In this document: piece after piece, positions 38,001-47,425 of the stretch | How positions within the stretch are numbered: the stretch's first letter is position 1 | How the letters are laid out: every line of letters begins with the position of its first letter | Position numbers and translations under genes: made by a program | The notes under the pieces: model-generated | What the model was told of the DNA's origin: nothing | What the model saw: only the letters and a program-made list of their open reading frames with translations | The model's database searches: none | IMG/VR virus record: IMGVR_UViG_3300028581_000020 | Coordinates: 32,001-96,000 of that record | Source: a virus | Strand: one strand, 5' to 3' | DNA: 64,000 bases

Positions 38001-39007
38001 ATTGTCTCCCCGCCCGAGTTTACAAGGGTGTGCCCTCGCGCGGTCGCTGCCGCATCCAGGGGAGCCTCAGTTGCACCTTCCTGGGCTGCCTTACTTGCAA
38101 TGGCTTGCGCCTCGTCAACCGAAGGGGCAATTGCCTGCCCGGCCTTATCGACGGCAGTGTTTTCTGCAGTGACCTTTACTTCCGTCTTTGCCGCAGCTCC
38201 GGCGGCGCCCTCAGCAACTTCAGTGCCTACTTTGGAGACGCCTCGGAAGGATTTGTAGACCTTCATTGCGCCAACAAAAACTCCGGCAAGTGCGGCGTCG
38301 CCCACGATGCTCGTGACGAAGTTTTTGAAGCGGCCTTCGGCCTCGGTGTCAGTTTCCTTGGCTGCCCAGTAATCGACAATTCCGTTCTGGAACATCGGGA
38401 ATCGCTGAACAAAGTTAGCGATATTCCCCTCGTGCGGGTCGGCCGTAAAATAAGAAGATACGCCTGCAGCGGCAGCGCTGGCCCCCACAGAAACAATCCC
38501 AGGTGCAGCCATAGCCGCAGCGCCTACGCCTGTTCCAATCGCGGTCGCAAACTGGGTTACAAACTTCCCAGCTCCCCGGAATGCACGCTCTGTGTCGGTC
38601 GTAGACGGGGGAGCCAGGTCTTTGCCAAACGTGAACACACGATCGTCATCGATCAAATCTGTTTCTTTGATCCCGGTGGTCGTAAGCCAGTTATCGACCG
38701 AGTTGATGAGATCATGCCCGGCCTGTACAGCACCACGTGCGACATCTACCGCACCTGCGGCAAACTGCTTCATCGGTTTCCCGCCGGACAATTCATCCGC
38801 GCGGGTAGCCACACCCGAGAGCTCATTTGCAGGGGGGGTTGCCTTTGGGGCGGGCCCCTCCTGCGGCTGCTGTTTTGCAAGCAGTTCGTCTGCCGGAGCT
38901 CCGAAAATATCTTTCTCGAGTTGAGAGATTCGGTTGTCTTGTGACCCCGCAATTTCACGGTCTAGTGCGTAGCCGCGTTCCATCGGAGACAGATTTGTCG
39001 TATCCAT
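35063..39007 (-). CDS. large internal virion / ejection protein
   Basis: Likely start ATG 39007 (MDTTNL) coupled to the upstream stop; GVITGAGP...GWQPNSIKVG; position. Confidence 0.7.
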   Translation of the reverse strand: MDTTNLSPMERGYALDREIAGSQDNRISQLEKDIFGAPADELLAKQQPQEGPAPKATPPANELSGVATRADELSGGKPMKQFAAGAVDVARGAVQAGHDLINSVDNWLTTTGIKETDLIDDDRVFTFGKDLAPPSTTDTERAFRGAGKFVTQFATAIGTGVGAAAMAAPGIVSVGASAAAAGVSSYFTADPHEGNIANFVQRFPMFQNGIVDYWAAKETDTEAEGRFKNFVTSIVGDAALAGVFVGAMKVYKSFRGVSKVGTEVAEGAAGAAAKTEVKVTAENTAVDKAGQAIAPSVDEAQAIASKAAQEGATEAPLDAAATARGHTLVNSGGETITADASAVSAAVAEGRGVLDAARVVEQPTVMRQAQNLRMLSLEELQAPATEATKRFNLDNVPTMGSVDDFRRVVSNIVAANKEGFETIARGVVSDESVLADAFKLLGEDVSRLTTKVPGQGWNAVEVKGAGIFFVNAVQDSVEKAIAAAAPNASDEVIAAFERSKMLTLDSMALFKAGTKEAGLATRAADLSNVTAFPVAEMFAAKDVLTVAGGKEQIQKQAATIVDMMSRMSPAEKVKHFSWMSNRSRLGHLAAMGEELRVMSLLSGPLTQTVNVANNLVNTIGLIPEKYAAWAVQKMRSIVGGKGNPATRLSVDELSSFFGGMPAEEIDATYTAFANKVQSEAVSLAESNATVLSLGQGLKEGWIAYFKAWRTSDPLLTAGGSKLMALERPSTLTGAANGLHGVWADAMDFIGSGIRIPGRALNAADVASKATIYRMQTNALAVRTARAAGLTGDAYTKMVKEMTQFPPAHINMMAAREAGQRTLNYTPEIFTKLYDGISQNPMFRMLVPFTKININQTDQVLQRFPGLAMLTPGFKEAMASGGTARDVALGKVAVGTSMLGLGGLLAVEGVITGAGPTNWQARKALEDTGWQPNSIKVGDGYFSYQALGGVGTLLGIAADLHELAAYWDSPDGDMQGFEDLTLAGAAHIASAAVPDVLTDDFGKVLELLRDGAPTSAWKKLADNFASSLTPNLFKQVNRAFGDKKIDTKLGAQDGAWESVVKPLKASFGVGMPQLNLFGEEVVHPQGTGPAILSAIALVNPFKYSPAKDDPIREELVRLGVSGPLVKPKPLAGQSHLMVDMPPRNISFAYVDGKDSFPVNLTSEQYNRFVELAAGHGLGSIDEIKKAPKERDQKVPNLKDMLGALIKSDYARQLDGKPGIPEAYRTDENKRTVIAEMVGMYRAAAKQQLLLEFPDIREQFLGAQVARSTALGQTVDRDVVENARAQIRSIMGISKDEESTMLKTQQRAKRKGEPTL

Positions 39008-40584
39008 TATTGTGCATCCTTCGCGTGTACTTCCAACGCCTGCTGCCAGTCTCCGTAAAGGCGCACGCGGCGCTCCCATTCAGAGGCGCCAAATTGACGG
39101 ATGATTTCCTTCTTCTGCTGAAGCAACGTGGATTTTACCGCATCCATGTTGTTTGCACGCATGGAATCCCGGCCGATACCGGGTAGGGGAGGAAGAGATT
39201 CCGGGGCTCCGATCATCTGTCGAAGCGCCTTGCGCGCCGCGGGCACGGGATCTACACCCTGCTCCATGTACTCGTTGCGTTTGTTGATGACTTCAGCTGC
39301 AAGGCGTTCCTTGTCGGCGTTGCCACCCATTTTAGTTGCAAAATCAAACTGACCACGAGATCCCGTAACGGTAGCGTTGATGATATCGTTAGATACCTGC
39401 ACCTGGCGTTTGAACGCGGGGTCTGCCTGTTTTTCTTTCGACGCTGTTTTAGCTGCGCGCAACAACCGCTCGGTGGTCTCACGCGTAAGTGTACCATCAT
39501 CGAAAGACTTCATAATGTCTTTTTGAATTTTAGACCCCGACTCGCCTTTAAGAATTCGACTGGTGTAGTTCACGCTTGCGCGCGATTCCATCTCGCCAGA
39601 AACATCCTTGGCCTCGGCCTGCAGCCGGTTGTATCCCTCGGGGCTTATCAACCTTTGCTTGAGTAAATCTTGCGCTTGTTGCAGCATAACGTCACGCTGC
39701 GCAGGCGAGGTGGCGGCAGCGACACCCGCAAAAAGTGCGGAATCGTTATTTTGCACCACTTGCTCATAGGCTTCTTTGCGCTTCTTTTCAGCTTGCTCTT
39801 TTTCATCAAGCACGCGATTCGTGTATTGCAGCTTTGTCACGGCAATCTTCTCAGAGAGTTTGTTGATATGCGCGGCATCCTTAGCGTAAGGCGCAAGTTT
39901 TTGTAGGGCCGCTTCCGCTTCCGAGAATTTCTTTTGCCCAATGAAACCGTTGACGGCGGTATCGACAAGCGACGCTTGATCATCAACTTTTATCTGCTCG
40001 CGCACAGGTGCGGTGTATAGCCCTGTGAGCTGATCAACTTCCTTATTGTTTTTTTCGATCTCCTCAATAGCGGCGTCGGGGGCGCTTAAAATCCGCGACG
40101 CCCGTGACGCGTAATTGGCCCTACGCGCGCGATCTAGTGCCTCGGGACCACGACGCGTAACATCAGCGTACACGTTGGCGGCGTAAGAGTTTTTAGCAGC
40201 GCCAAGTACATTCTTTGCTTCGGCAGCGATGTTGCCACCAAGTGCATCGATTTCCTTGGTGATCTCCTTTACTTCATCGTCGTATTTTTTCTGGTACAGC
40301 TCAAGCATGTCGGAGCCATCGTCTTTGGCTTCCTTACCGGCGGCAGCAAACGCTTTCTGTTTTGCCTCTGTACCTGCGTTTTCCACGCGCCCAAGGAAAA
40401 TCTTTTTCTCCTCAGTGTCTTTGACCTTGAAGTAATCCTGCAGATTCGCCGCGGTCTTTACGAGATCGTTGCCAAACCCAGCAACAGCCTCACCCTGCGT
40501 GCGAGCGCCGCTCGTGCCTCCAATGGGGACAGGCGAGGATACTTGCAGGCGAGTGGCTTGGTCCTGTAGCGGGATACGCGGCAT
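39007..40584 (-). CDS. internal virion / ejection protein
   Basis: MPRIP start, helical, position. Confidence 0.65.
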   Translation of the reverse strand: MPRIPLQDQATRLQVSSPVPIGGTSGARTQGEAVAGFGNDLVKTAANLQDYFKVKDTEEKKIFLGRVENAGTEAKQKAFAAAGKEAKDDGSDMLELYQKKYDDEVKEITKEIDALGGNIAAEAKNVLGAAKNSYAANVYADVTRRGPEALDRARRANYASRASRILSAPDAAIEEIEKNNKEVDQLTGLYTAPVREQIKVDDQASLVDTAVNGFIGQKKFSEAEAALQKLAPYAKDAAHINKLSEKIAVTKLQYTNRVLDEKEQAEKKRKEAYEQVVQNNDSALFAGVAAATSPAQRDVMLQQAQDLLKQRLISPEGYNRLQAEAKDVSGEMESRASVNYTSRILKGESGSKIQKDIMKSFDDGTLTRETTERLLRAAKTASKEKQADPAFKRQVQVSNDIINATVTGSRGQFDFATKMGGNADKERLAAEVINKRNEYMEQGVDPVPAARKALRQMIGAPESLPPLPGIGRDSMRANNMDAVKSTLLQQKKEIIRQFGASEWERRVRLYGDWQQALEVHAKDAQ

Positions 40585-41051
40585 TATTTGCTCCTAGCGA
40601 GGAAACCGCTCGCGGTCGAAAGCCCTTGGCCGATGACCGGGAGCACGTTCGCCTCAAAGCTCGAAAGCCGCTCAGCCTGCTCCATGGATGCGCCGGCTTT
40701 CAGGAAAGCCTCGCGCGCCTTGGCCTTGCCGTCGTCGATGATCGCGCGCTCCTCGCCCACCTGGCGAGCCTTCGCGTTCGCAAGCACAAGCATCGGCGAA
40801 CCAGTCAGATCTACTCCCCCGCGCGCGAACGCCGAAACCTGCGCTCCGCGAAACTCTTCTGACTGATCGCGGTAGATGCTAAGCTCACGTTGAGTCGCGG
40901 CCTGTGCAAAACGAGCCTGCTCTTCCAGGAAGGAAGCGTTTGCGCGCTCAGCTTCCGCCTGCGCCTGGTTTGCCTTGATGTTGCCGTAGGCGCTCGTCGC
41001 GAGCCCAGCCGCGGCAATTGAGCCTAAAATGACCCCCGTACCTACAGGCAT
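40584..41051 (-). CDS. small internal virion protein (pilot-like)
   Basis: Hydrophobic N-terminus; A..GVDL.GSP motif. Confidence 0.65.
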   Translation of the reverse strand: MPVGTGVILGSIAAAGLATSAYGNIKANQAQAEAERANASFLEEQARFAQAATQRELSIYRDQSEEFRGAQVSAFARGGVDLTGSPMLVLANAKARQVGEERAIIDDGKAKAREAFLKAGASMEQAERLSSFEANVLPVIGQGLSTASGFLARSK

Positions 41052-41054
41052 CCC

Positions 41055-41453
41055 CTACCCCACTTCCCGGATTAGAATAGTCGCATCCTCGACGCAGGTA
41101 AAGCCAAGCCGGCGCGCAAAATGCTTTGCAATCTCAGGCTTTGTGAAGTGCATAACTGCCTTCATGTTGCAGTCGCGGGCTGCCACCATGAGATGATCGA
41201 TCAGGTAGCCCAGCGCCTTAAATCCCATGATCCCAAGCGTCGGGTCCGTTGCCGTCCATTCGAGCACGCCCAGACTCGAATTCGTGAGGTACAAAAACCC
41301 CACTGCCGCGGGCTTCCCCTCGATCTCAACAATCATCCCCGTCGCCGGCAGGAACTCTTGGGGAGGCACACCCTTTGCATCCCAGCCGTGCCCAATAAAC
41401 CACCCCGAGATCAGCTCGTAATCGCTCGGTTGGTACTTACGCCAGGAGAGCAT
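41055..41453 (-). CDS. GNAT-fold virion-module protein
   Basis: Likely start ATG 41453 (MLSWRK); LPATGMIV...AAVGFLYLT; RLGF. Confidence 0.65.
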   Translation of the reverse strand: MLSWRKYQPSDYELISGWFIGHGWDAKGVPPQEFLPATGMIVEIEGKPAAVGFLYLTNSSLGVLEWTATDPTLGIMGFKALGYLIDHLMVAARDCNMKAVMHFTKPEIAKHFARRLGFTCVEDATILIREVG

Positions 41454-41890
41454 CAACGCACCCGCGCCATGATGTTGTAGTTGCGCCGGTCCTCGCCGAA
41501 AGCCTTCAAAAGCCCTTCCGATGCAAACCCGAGAGTAGTCGCCCAACGGTAAGCCATCGCCTCGCCCTCGAGCACGTAGGCCTGTACGCGGTGAAGCGTG
41601 AGCGCCTGCTCGTAGTCCTGGATCACGCTCAGCACGCCCTTGGTGAACTGCACGGGGCAGGTGTAGATGTGCTTTGAGAAGATAGCCCAAACTTCAGCCA
41701 CCCCCGCCCACAGGACCGTGCCGCCGACTGCTCCCAGGCAGAGGTCGTCCTCGGTATAGAGCGTGTGCGCAAAGTTATGCGGATGATCCATGAAGTGCTC
41801 TTTGGTGTTGATCCCGTTCTCGCCAAAGAAAACGCTGGTAGGTTCCAGGCCGTCGAGATGCCGGGGGTCAAACTTTTTGCGCTTAATCAT
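41453..41890 (-). CDS. GNAT-fold protein (T7 gp13-like position)
   Basis: GVAEVWA, HRVQAYV, WATTLGFASEG. Confidence 0.65.
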   Translation of the reverse strand: MIKRKKFDPRHLDGLEPTSVFFGENGINTKEHFMDHPHNFAHTLYTEDDLCLGAVGGTVLWAGVAEVWAIFSKHIYTCPVQFTKGVLSVIQDYEQALTLHRVQAYVLEGEAMAYRWATTLGFASEGLLKAFGEDRRNYNIMARVR

Positions 41891-44210
41891 TGGTCACACC
41901 GCGGGCAAAGATGCCTTCGACTTCCAGGGGGAGAGGAAGGTCCTGGGCCACGATGAGGTTCAAGCGCTCGCTCCACCCCGACTGGAAGCCAAGGTGGCGA
42001 TCGCCCGTGAACAGCGGAATCTCGGCATTGTTTACGAGATCCGGCGTGCGGAATTCGATCGTCTCGAGCTCCGAGTCGTTGCTCCCAAACTTAGCGCCCA
42101 CCGTGCGGTTGAAGCGGATCACGATGTCGTCGATTGATTTGTTCGCTCCCTGCGCGGATCCAATCACAGATCCCAGGTTGATGTTGCTCGTCTTAAGAAG
42201 GCTCCGGTACTTGAGCCCCGCGATCAGCTCGGTTGCGTTGATGTCGAGCGTGATTTGTCCCGAGCCGTCTACCACTTTCTCACCATGGTAGATCCCGTCA
42301 GCAAGGCACGAAACCGTCTGCCCGATCAAATGCGAGAAGCCGGTGAAGACTTTCCCGGGGCTTCCGAGTGTCACGATTTTGGCGGAATCCGAGAAGATCG
42401 GTTTGTCGAGGTAGCTGGTAGAGTTGTTGTAAAGGTCTTCGAGCTCAAACTCTTTGTTGATCCGCTCGAGGTACGTGATGTCGGCACCGTTGATCGTGCG
42501 CCGGACAGCCAACCAAATGTCGTCGTGCGTGCCTTCCGCATTCGGCGCCACGCAGAAGGACAGAATCTTAGGCGGCGTTGCCTTGCTCGACTCGGTGAGC
42601 ACCCCGCCCAGCTCATGCCAGTGGAAGGCGGCATAGCCCTGATCGCGGTCACGCGTGCACGCGTAGAATCCGCCGTTGCGATCAAGTACCCAGAGCATCC
42701 CGTTGAAGTGCTCTTGGTTAGAAATCTGCACGATCTCGGGGTTCACGTACGTGACGCGCTTTGCGAGCATCTTTTTCGGCATGTGCTCGGCATACGTCGA
42801 AATGTCCGCCGCCTTGTAGGAATCTTCCTGGAAGTTGAAAACAAATTCCCGGAGACGGCGCTTGTTGCGCGGGATGAATACAAGAGAGTTCCCTTGACGC
42901 GCAGGCATAATGAGTGCCCCGCCGTGGGCCGTCTCTGCCTGGAAGCCCACGTTCAGGGGGCCCAGCGTTTGCGAACTGTCAGGGTTATTTGAGATGAATT
43001 CGCGCCCAGTCGAACCAAGCTGCAGCGTCTTACCAGCGGACATCCACACGATCTGCGAGAGTTCGTTGGAAGTGAGGTTCACATCATACGGGTCATCGTT
43101 CGCGACGGTATTGGGGCTGTCGTCCACATACTTTGCTTGGCGCATGTCGCCCAGGTTTCCGATGCGGGAGGCCCACAAACCGTTCGGGCGAAAATAGTGG
43201 CTTCCGTAATAGAGGCGGTTCTCGTAAAACGAAATCACGCCGGGATTGCCGCGGCTGTTGGCCTTCACCGTCGAGTTAGAGACGCCCTCTTTCAGTCGCC
43301 AGTCAGAAAAACACCAGCGAACAGTGGCGCTCGTATCTCCCAGGGTCTTGAGCACCGTCGCGTTCACGCTGCTTGCAAGCCCGTTCGATGGCGATACCAG
43401 CGAGGTGATGAGCACAACACCCGTCGTAGAATTCGATGCGTTCGTGATCCGCATGGCGTGCCCCACCATGGATTCATTGTAGATCGTGATCGGAAACCCA
43501 CCCGAGACCGTGGTGGCGGGGATCGTGATGTTGCCAGTGGTGGCCGAAGGCGTAACCTGGAATAGTCCGTTCGACGGGTTCTCAGGCAAAAACGGCCAGG
43601 ACTTGGCTGCAACTGCGCTCGAGAAACCAGTAATCGAAGTGTTAGTTTGTCCCAGGGCGGAATACGCCCAGAACATAAACAGGCCTAGGTCCGTTGTCCC
43701 GTCGTATTGGATTGCAAACGGCGGATGATCCTTCTGCACGAAGAACATCGCGCGCCCAAACTGTGTGTACTGAATTTCGCGAAGCTGCTGCGCAGTCGAG
43801 AATCCTAGGAACTGTGCGGCACCTGAAAGAAGCGAAAATGGAACCGAAGTCGTCACCGCAAGCTGCGTGACCGTTCCATCAGAGTTCAGTCGGTAAGCGT
43901 CGATCCCCTTGGCGCCGGCAACCGCCGCCACTGTGCGCGTCGTAAACGCGAGTACGATCGTAACCCCATCCTGCACAAACGGGATCAGCCGAACATTCGT
44001 CTCATCCTTGATGAATGAACCGACCGAGCTACCGTGCCCGCCTACGTACTGTGCGCCAGGGCGGCGCATAGCACCGCCTTGCGGGAGCACGAGCATGTTT
44101 GTGAGCTCTTCGCATGAGTTTTTGTAGGTCTCGAGATCAACGCGCGCCTGCGCACGAGGAGAGACTTCGCCCGCCAGGAAGTGGGCGATCTGCTCGCGGA
44201 ATCGTGCCAT
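41883..44210 (-). CDS. tail tubular protein B (nozzle)
   Basis: FLAGEVSP...NMLVLPQGGAMRRPG; FYENRLYYG; HLIGQTV; PLPL. Confidence 0.85.
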   Translation of the reverse strand: MARFREQIAHFLAGEVSPRAQARVDLETYKNSCEELTNMLVLPQGGAMRRPGAQYVGGHGSSVGSFIKDETNVRLIPFVQDGVTIVLAFTTRTVAAVAGAKGIDAYRLNSDGTVTQLAVTTSVPFSLLSGAAQFLGFSTAQQLREIQYTQFGRAMFFVQKDHPPFAIQYDGTTDLGLFMFWAYSALGQTNTSITGFSSAVAAKSWPFLPENPSNGLFQVTPSATTGNITIPATTVSGGFPITIYNESMVGHAMRITNASNSTTGVVLITSLVSPSNGLASSVNATVLKTLGDTSATVRWCFSDWRLKEGVSNSTVKANSRGNPGVISFYENRLYYGSHYFRPNGLWASRIGNLGDMRQAKYVDDSPNTVANDDPYDVNLTSNELSQIVWMSAGKTLQLGSTGREFISNNPDSSQTLGPLNVGFQAETAHGGALIMPARQGNSLVFIPRNKRRLREFVFNFQEDSYKAADISTYAEHMPKKMLAKRVTYVNPEIVQISNQEHFNGMLWVLDRNGGFYACTRDRDQGYAAFHWHELGGVLTESSKATPPKILSFCVAPNAEGTHDDIWLAVRRTINGADITYLERINKEFELEDLYNNSTSYLDKPIFSDSAKIVTLGSPGKVFTGFSHLIGQTVSCLADGIYHGEKVVDGSGQITLDINATELIAGLKYRSLLKTSNINLGSVIGSAQGANKSIDDIVIRFNRTVGAKFGSNDSELETIEFRTPDLVNNAEIPLFTGDRHLGFQSGWSERLNLIVAQDLPLPLEVEGIFARGVTND

Positions 44211-44780
44211 CTAGTACCTCGAATCAAGCCAGGAAGATGCTTCCGGCGCTTGCTGGGAACCACGTTGCTGGGCGGAGTACGACCGTGCCTCGCGCATTTT
44301 CTCTTTCCAGAGGGTCTGCATGTTAGCAGCGAGAGTAGCGTTCTGCGTAATCGTATACGCCATCTCAGCCGCCATCTTGTACGCAAGTACCTCTTGGAAG
44401 GCCGGCTGGTAGCTGCTCGTGTCTGTGTTACGCCAGGCGTAGCGAACGGCAATCACATCGGTGTAGTTCGTAAGCAGCTGACCGCTTTCGATGATCCAGT
44501 CCACCTCGTTAGGGATGTTGGAGTCAAAAACTCCAAGGCAATCCCCCGGGAGCTGATATGCACGCGTGTATTGAAAAGCCGGTACAAGGCCCGCAATTTG
44601 CGCGACTTGCGCGCGGCGGGTCGCAAAATTCCACGGCTGAGAGGCGAGCAGCGCGTCCCTGGAAATGAAGTACGTGTCCTTGCAAGTGCGCCCCTCGAGA
44701 GAATCATCCGAGAGCGACGTTATCCGCCGCGCTCGGAGCTTCGCTAAGGCCGCGTTACAAATCTCGACTTCAGTTGCCAT
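44211..44780 (-). CDS. tail tubular protein A (adaptor)
   Basis: EICNAALAKL, PWNFA, YQLPGDCL motifs. Confidence 0.85.
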   Translation of the reverse strand: MATEVEICNAALAKLRARRITSLSDDSLEGRTCKDTYFISRDALLASQPWNFATRRAQVAQIAGLVPAFQYTRAYQLPGDCLGVFDSNIPNEVDWIIESGQLLTNYTDVIAVRYAWRNTDTSSYQPAFQEVLAYKMAAEMAYTITQNATLAANMQTLWKEKMREARSYSAQQRGSQQAPEASSWLDSRY

Positions 44781-44833
44781 TCGGCTGCTCCCTCCCACCC
44801 CTGGGTGGCTATGATATAGCCCAGAACGGAAAC

Positions 44834-45289
44834 TTAGTCTTGGACGATGTAGAAAGCGCCCTTGATGAGCACGTTGCCCACGTCGGTTGCTTCCGTCCAG
44901 GCCAGCACAACGTCCACTTCAGAAGCGAAACGCTTCAAGTGTCCGGCATGCCCTGCGGCAGGCTTAGCCAAAACCGCAGCGCCACCAGCGTCGTAGCCCG
45001 ATCCAAAGGCATCGTCATCTGCGGCAACAACCGCATCCGCCGAAACAAGGTTGCCAATCTTACAGATACCCGTGGTGCCCGTGGAAGGGATTTGAATATC
45101 CCAACCAACAACACGCGAGCCTGCAGGGAGGCGGAGAAGGGTCAGGGTATCCGCGATAGCTTGGACCGCGGCGCCCGTGACTTCAAAGTAGAATGCACGC
45201 ACGCGACCACGTACGTTGCCGATCTCTTGCTTGTCGAGACCGACACCAGACGATTGGGCCGTGAACAGAGAGGTATTGACGTTCGCCAT
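44834..45289 (-). CDS. putative capsid decoration / cement protein
   Basis: Follows the major capsid gene; LPAGSRV beta-rich. Confidence 0.55.
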   Translation of the reverse strand: MANVNTSLFTAQSSGVGLDKQEIGNVRGRVRAFYFEVTGAAVQAIADTLTLLRLPAGSRVVGWDIQIPSTGTTGICKIGNLVSADAVVAADDDAFGSGYDAGGAAVLAKPAAGHAGHLKRFASEVDVVLAWTEATDVGNVLIKGAFYIVQD

Positions 45290-45309
45290 GAAAGTGGCTC
45301 CTTATGCTT

Positions 45310-45346
45310 AAAATCAAAGGGCCCCGGGGGACCACCCCCCGGAGCG
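45310..45346 (-). terminator. GC hairpin / probable terminator after the major capsid gene
   Basis: CCGGGGG/CCCCCGG stem followed by TTTGATTTT on the - strand. Confidence 0.5.
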
Positions 45347-45363
45347 TTACTGCAGGGCAAAAC

Positions 45364-46305
45364 TTAGGCTTCGGTGCAGAGGATACCGACGACTTTAGTC
45401 TCTTCCAGGCGAACAGCGCCACAAGTCATGCTCGCGTACACTTGCTTGGAGTAGGACTTGTCGGCGCGCTCGTCGATCCGGCCTTTGATCTCGGAACCGC
45501 TCGCAAGAACGATACCGCTTTCGGCCCAAGCAAAACACCGGCGGGTGTTGTTGCCGTTACCCGTCGAGAGCGTGACCGCGCCCGTGGTGGTGTTGATCGA
45601 GGCAAGGAAGCCGCCAGCGCCGGCCGTACGCAAGAGTTGCGTGCGGTGGAACTTGAAGCCCATGAACGTGTCCACTTCGCCGTGCACAAGCGCCTTGATG
45701 GCGTTGTAATCGGCAGAGGTGACTTGGTTCTCGCCCAGGAGACCGTCGATCTGCTTCTGCGAAACCGCAATGTGCAGCATCTCGTTCTCGTCCACGTCGG
45801 CCTGCCCGAAGAGCGACTTGACCTTGATCAAGGTCGCGACGTTCAGGTTCGACACGGCCGTCGAAGCCACGGCACCGACGTACTGTGCTGCCAGTTGAGC
45901 TTGAGTGCTGTCGCCTTCTTTACCAGTGATGGCCGAGCCAAGAGCTGCGTCGATGATCTCAAGATCCATCGCGCGGCCAAGAGCCCAGGCTGCCGACATC
46001 GCGTAGGGGCTGGTAGGATCGATGAGAGCGCGGATGCGATCTTCCTTGTCGATCAAGTCGGCCCATTCGTAGTCGTTCATCTTCACGCCACGACGGCTGT
46101 GATCCGAGTTCACCAAGGGGGTGTCGGAATGACGGCCGACTTTCTTGATGGCGCTCGTGGGTCCGAGGCGGTCGTAGAAATCGACTTCGGCGTTCTGGAC
46201 TTCGTTGCGCACGAAGGGACGCAGACGCGAGCCCTTTTGTTGCGCGAGGTGGAAAATGTTGTCAGAGAAGCCCTTTACAAAGGCTTGCGGGTACAGATTC
46301 GACAT
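45364..46305 (-). CDS. major capsid protein
   Basis: QQKGSRLR...ALGRAMD...FMGFKF...GAVRLEE; follows the scaffold gene; AAGGAG SD. Confidence 0.85.
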   Translation of the reverse strand: MSNLYPQAFVKGFSDNIFHLAQQKGSRLRPFVRNEVQNAEVDFYDRLGPTSAIKKVGRHSDTPLVNSDHSRRGVKMNDYEWADLIDKEDRIRALIDPTSPYAMSAAWALGRAMDLEIIDAALGSAITGKEGDSTQAQLAAQYVGAVASTAVSNLNVATLIKVKSLFGQADVDENEMLHIAVSQKQIDGLLGENQVTSADYNAIKALVHGEVDTFMGFKFHRTQLLRTAGAGGFLASINTTTGAVTLSTGNGNNTRRCFAWAESGIVLASGSEIKGRIDERADKSYSKQVYASMTCGAVRLEETKVVGILCTEA

Positions 46306-46555
46306 GTGGAATGTCTCCTTTGGTTTCGAGTTGTGGGTTCAGATTACCGAGCGATATCGGAACTGCCCTCGAAACCGAGGATTCCTTCGCATCGTGCCTG
46401 CTTTCAGGCGCGCTACAAACGTGGCTGCTACTTAGAGTGGACCCGAAAAGGGTTGCCCACAAACAGCCGGGAATCCGAGGATGCTAAAATAACACTCCCC
46501 CCGGGACATCTACTAGAATGCCACGGGGGGAGTTAAATGCAAGTACCGGGGCTAA
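46306..46555 (-). promoter_or_regulatory. structured leader upstream of the major capsid gene
   Basis: Four hairpins, two with a GCA bulge (46359-46385, 46437-46460). Confidence 0.5.
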
Positions 46556-47425
46556 CTATTTTTGCTCGGCAGGGTAGCGCTGCTCCCAAAGCTTCGACAT
46601 CTCGGCCACCGCTGCCTGGTGGTTCGGATGATCCTTCAGGTAGTAGGGGTGCTGGCGATCGCTCTTGATTGACTCAATGCGTTCCTTGGCCTGCTCAGGA
46701 GTCATCCCACCACCCTCGCGCGACGTGCCACCAGGGAGCTTGTCCTCTCTAAGCTCAGCCCCGATTTTGGCGAACACTTTGATGAGCCGCGAATCATTGT
46801 TCAGCCCCGACTCTTTCAGGTGCTTTATCAGCTCGTCGCCGCCGAAGTCGCGGATCGCGAGTTCCGCAATCTTGATCTGCTGCTCAAACCCGTTGCCCCA
46901 CTCTTTTTTGAGCTCGGCAATTTCTGCCGTCTGCTTTTCGGTGTGCTTTGCTTTCAGGGACTCGGCCGCACCTTTGGCAGTGAGGCCATACCAGTTGAGG
47001 AGCTTTTCGGCTTGCTTCGGGAGGATGCCCGCCTTGTGTGCCTGTTCCTTGAAGGAATCGAGAAACGAGTCCTCGAGCCCCGCTTCCTTGTCGAGCTTCA
47101 CCTGGTAGTCCTTCAACTCTTTCGGACGCCCCAGCTTGTCGAAGATGTTTTGCCAGTCTTCCTCGGTTGCGTGCTGATCGGGAACCGGGATCTTGTCTTT
47201 TCCGATGAGCTTCTGCGCGTTGATGAACGCCTTCGTCAAATTCGGAATGTCCTTGATGCTCGCAAGCGAGGGGTCAGCGCGGAATTCTTCCGGGAGCCCT
47301 TCCTTCCAATTTTCCGGGAACGAGACGCTACTTGCAGGGGGAGGCGGAGCTCCGGCTCCCGACTTGTCACCACCACCACTGGCAGGGGCCCCGCCCGCAG
47401 TCCCCATGAATCCTTCATTCGCCAT
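46556..47425 (-). CDS. capsid scaffolding protein
   Basis: WKEGLPEE, KLGRP, LKKEWG, HPNH; between portal and capsid genes. Confidence 0.8.
   Translation of the reverse strand: MANEGFMGTAGGAPASGGGDKSGAGAPPPPASSVSFPENWKEGLPEEFRADPSLASIKDIPNLTKAFINAQKLIGKDKIPVPDQHATEEDWQNIFDKLGRPKELKDYQVKLDKEAGLEDSFLDSFKEQAHKAGILPKQAEKLLNWYGLTAKGAAESLKAKHTEKQTAEIAELKKEWGNGFEQQIKIAELAIRDFGGDELIKHLKESGLNNDSRLIKVFAKIGAELREDKLPGGTSREGGGMTPEQAKERIESIKSDRQHPYYLKDHPNHQAAVAEMSKLWEQRYPAEQK

Noticed and set aside
45304-46536. 410-aa + strand ORF and many similar long ORFs opposite genes in 30-64 kb
   Set aside because: They are antisense shadows of high-GC coding genes and show no recognisable motifs.
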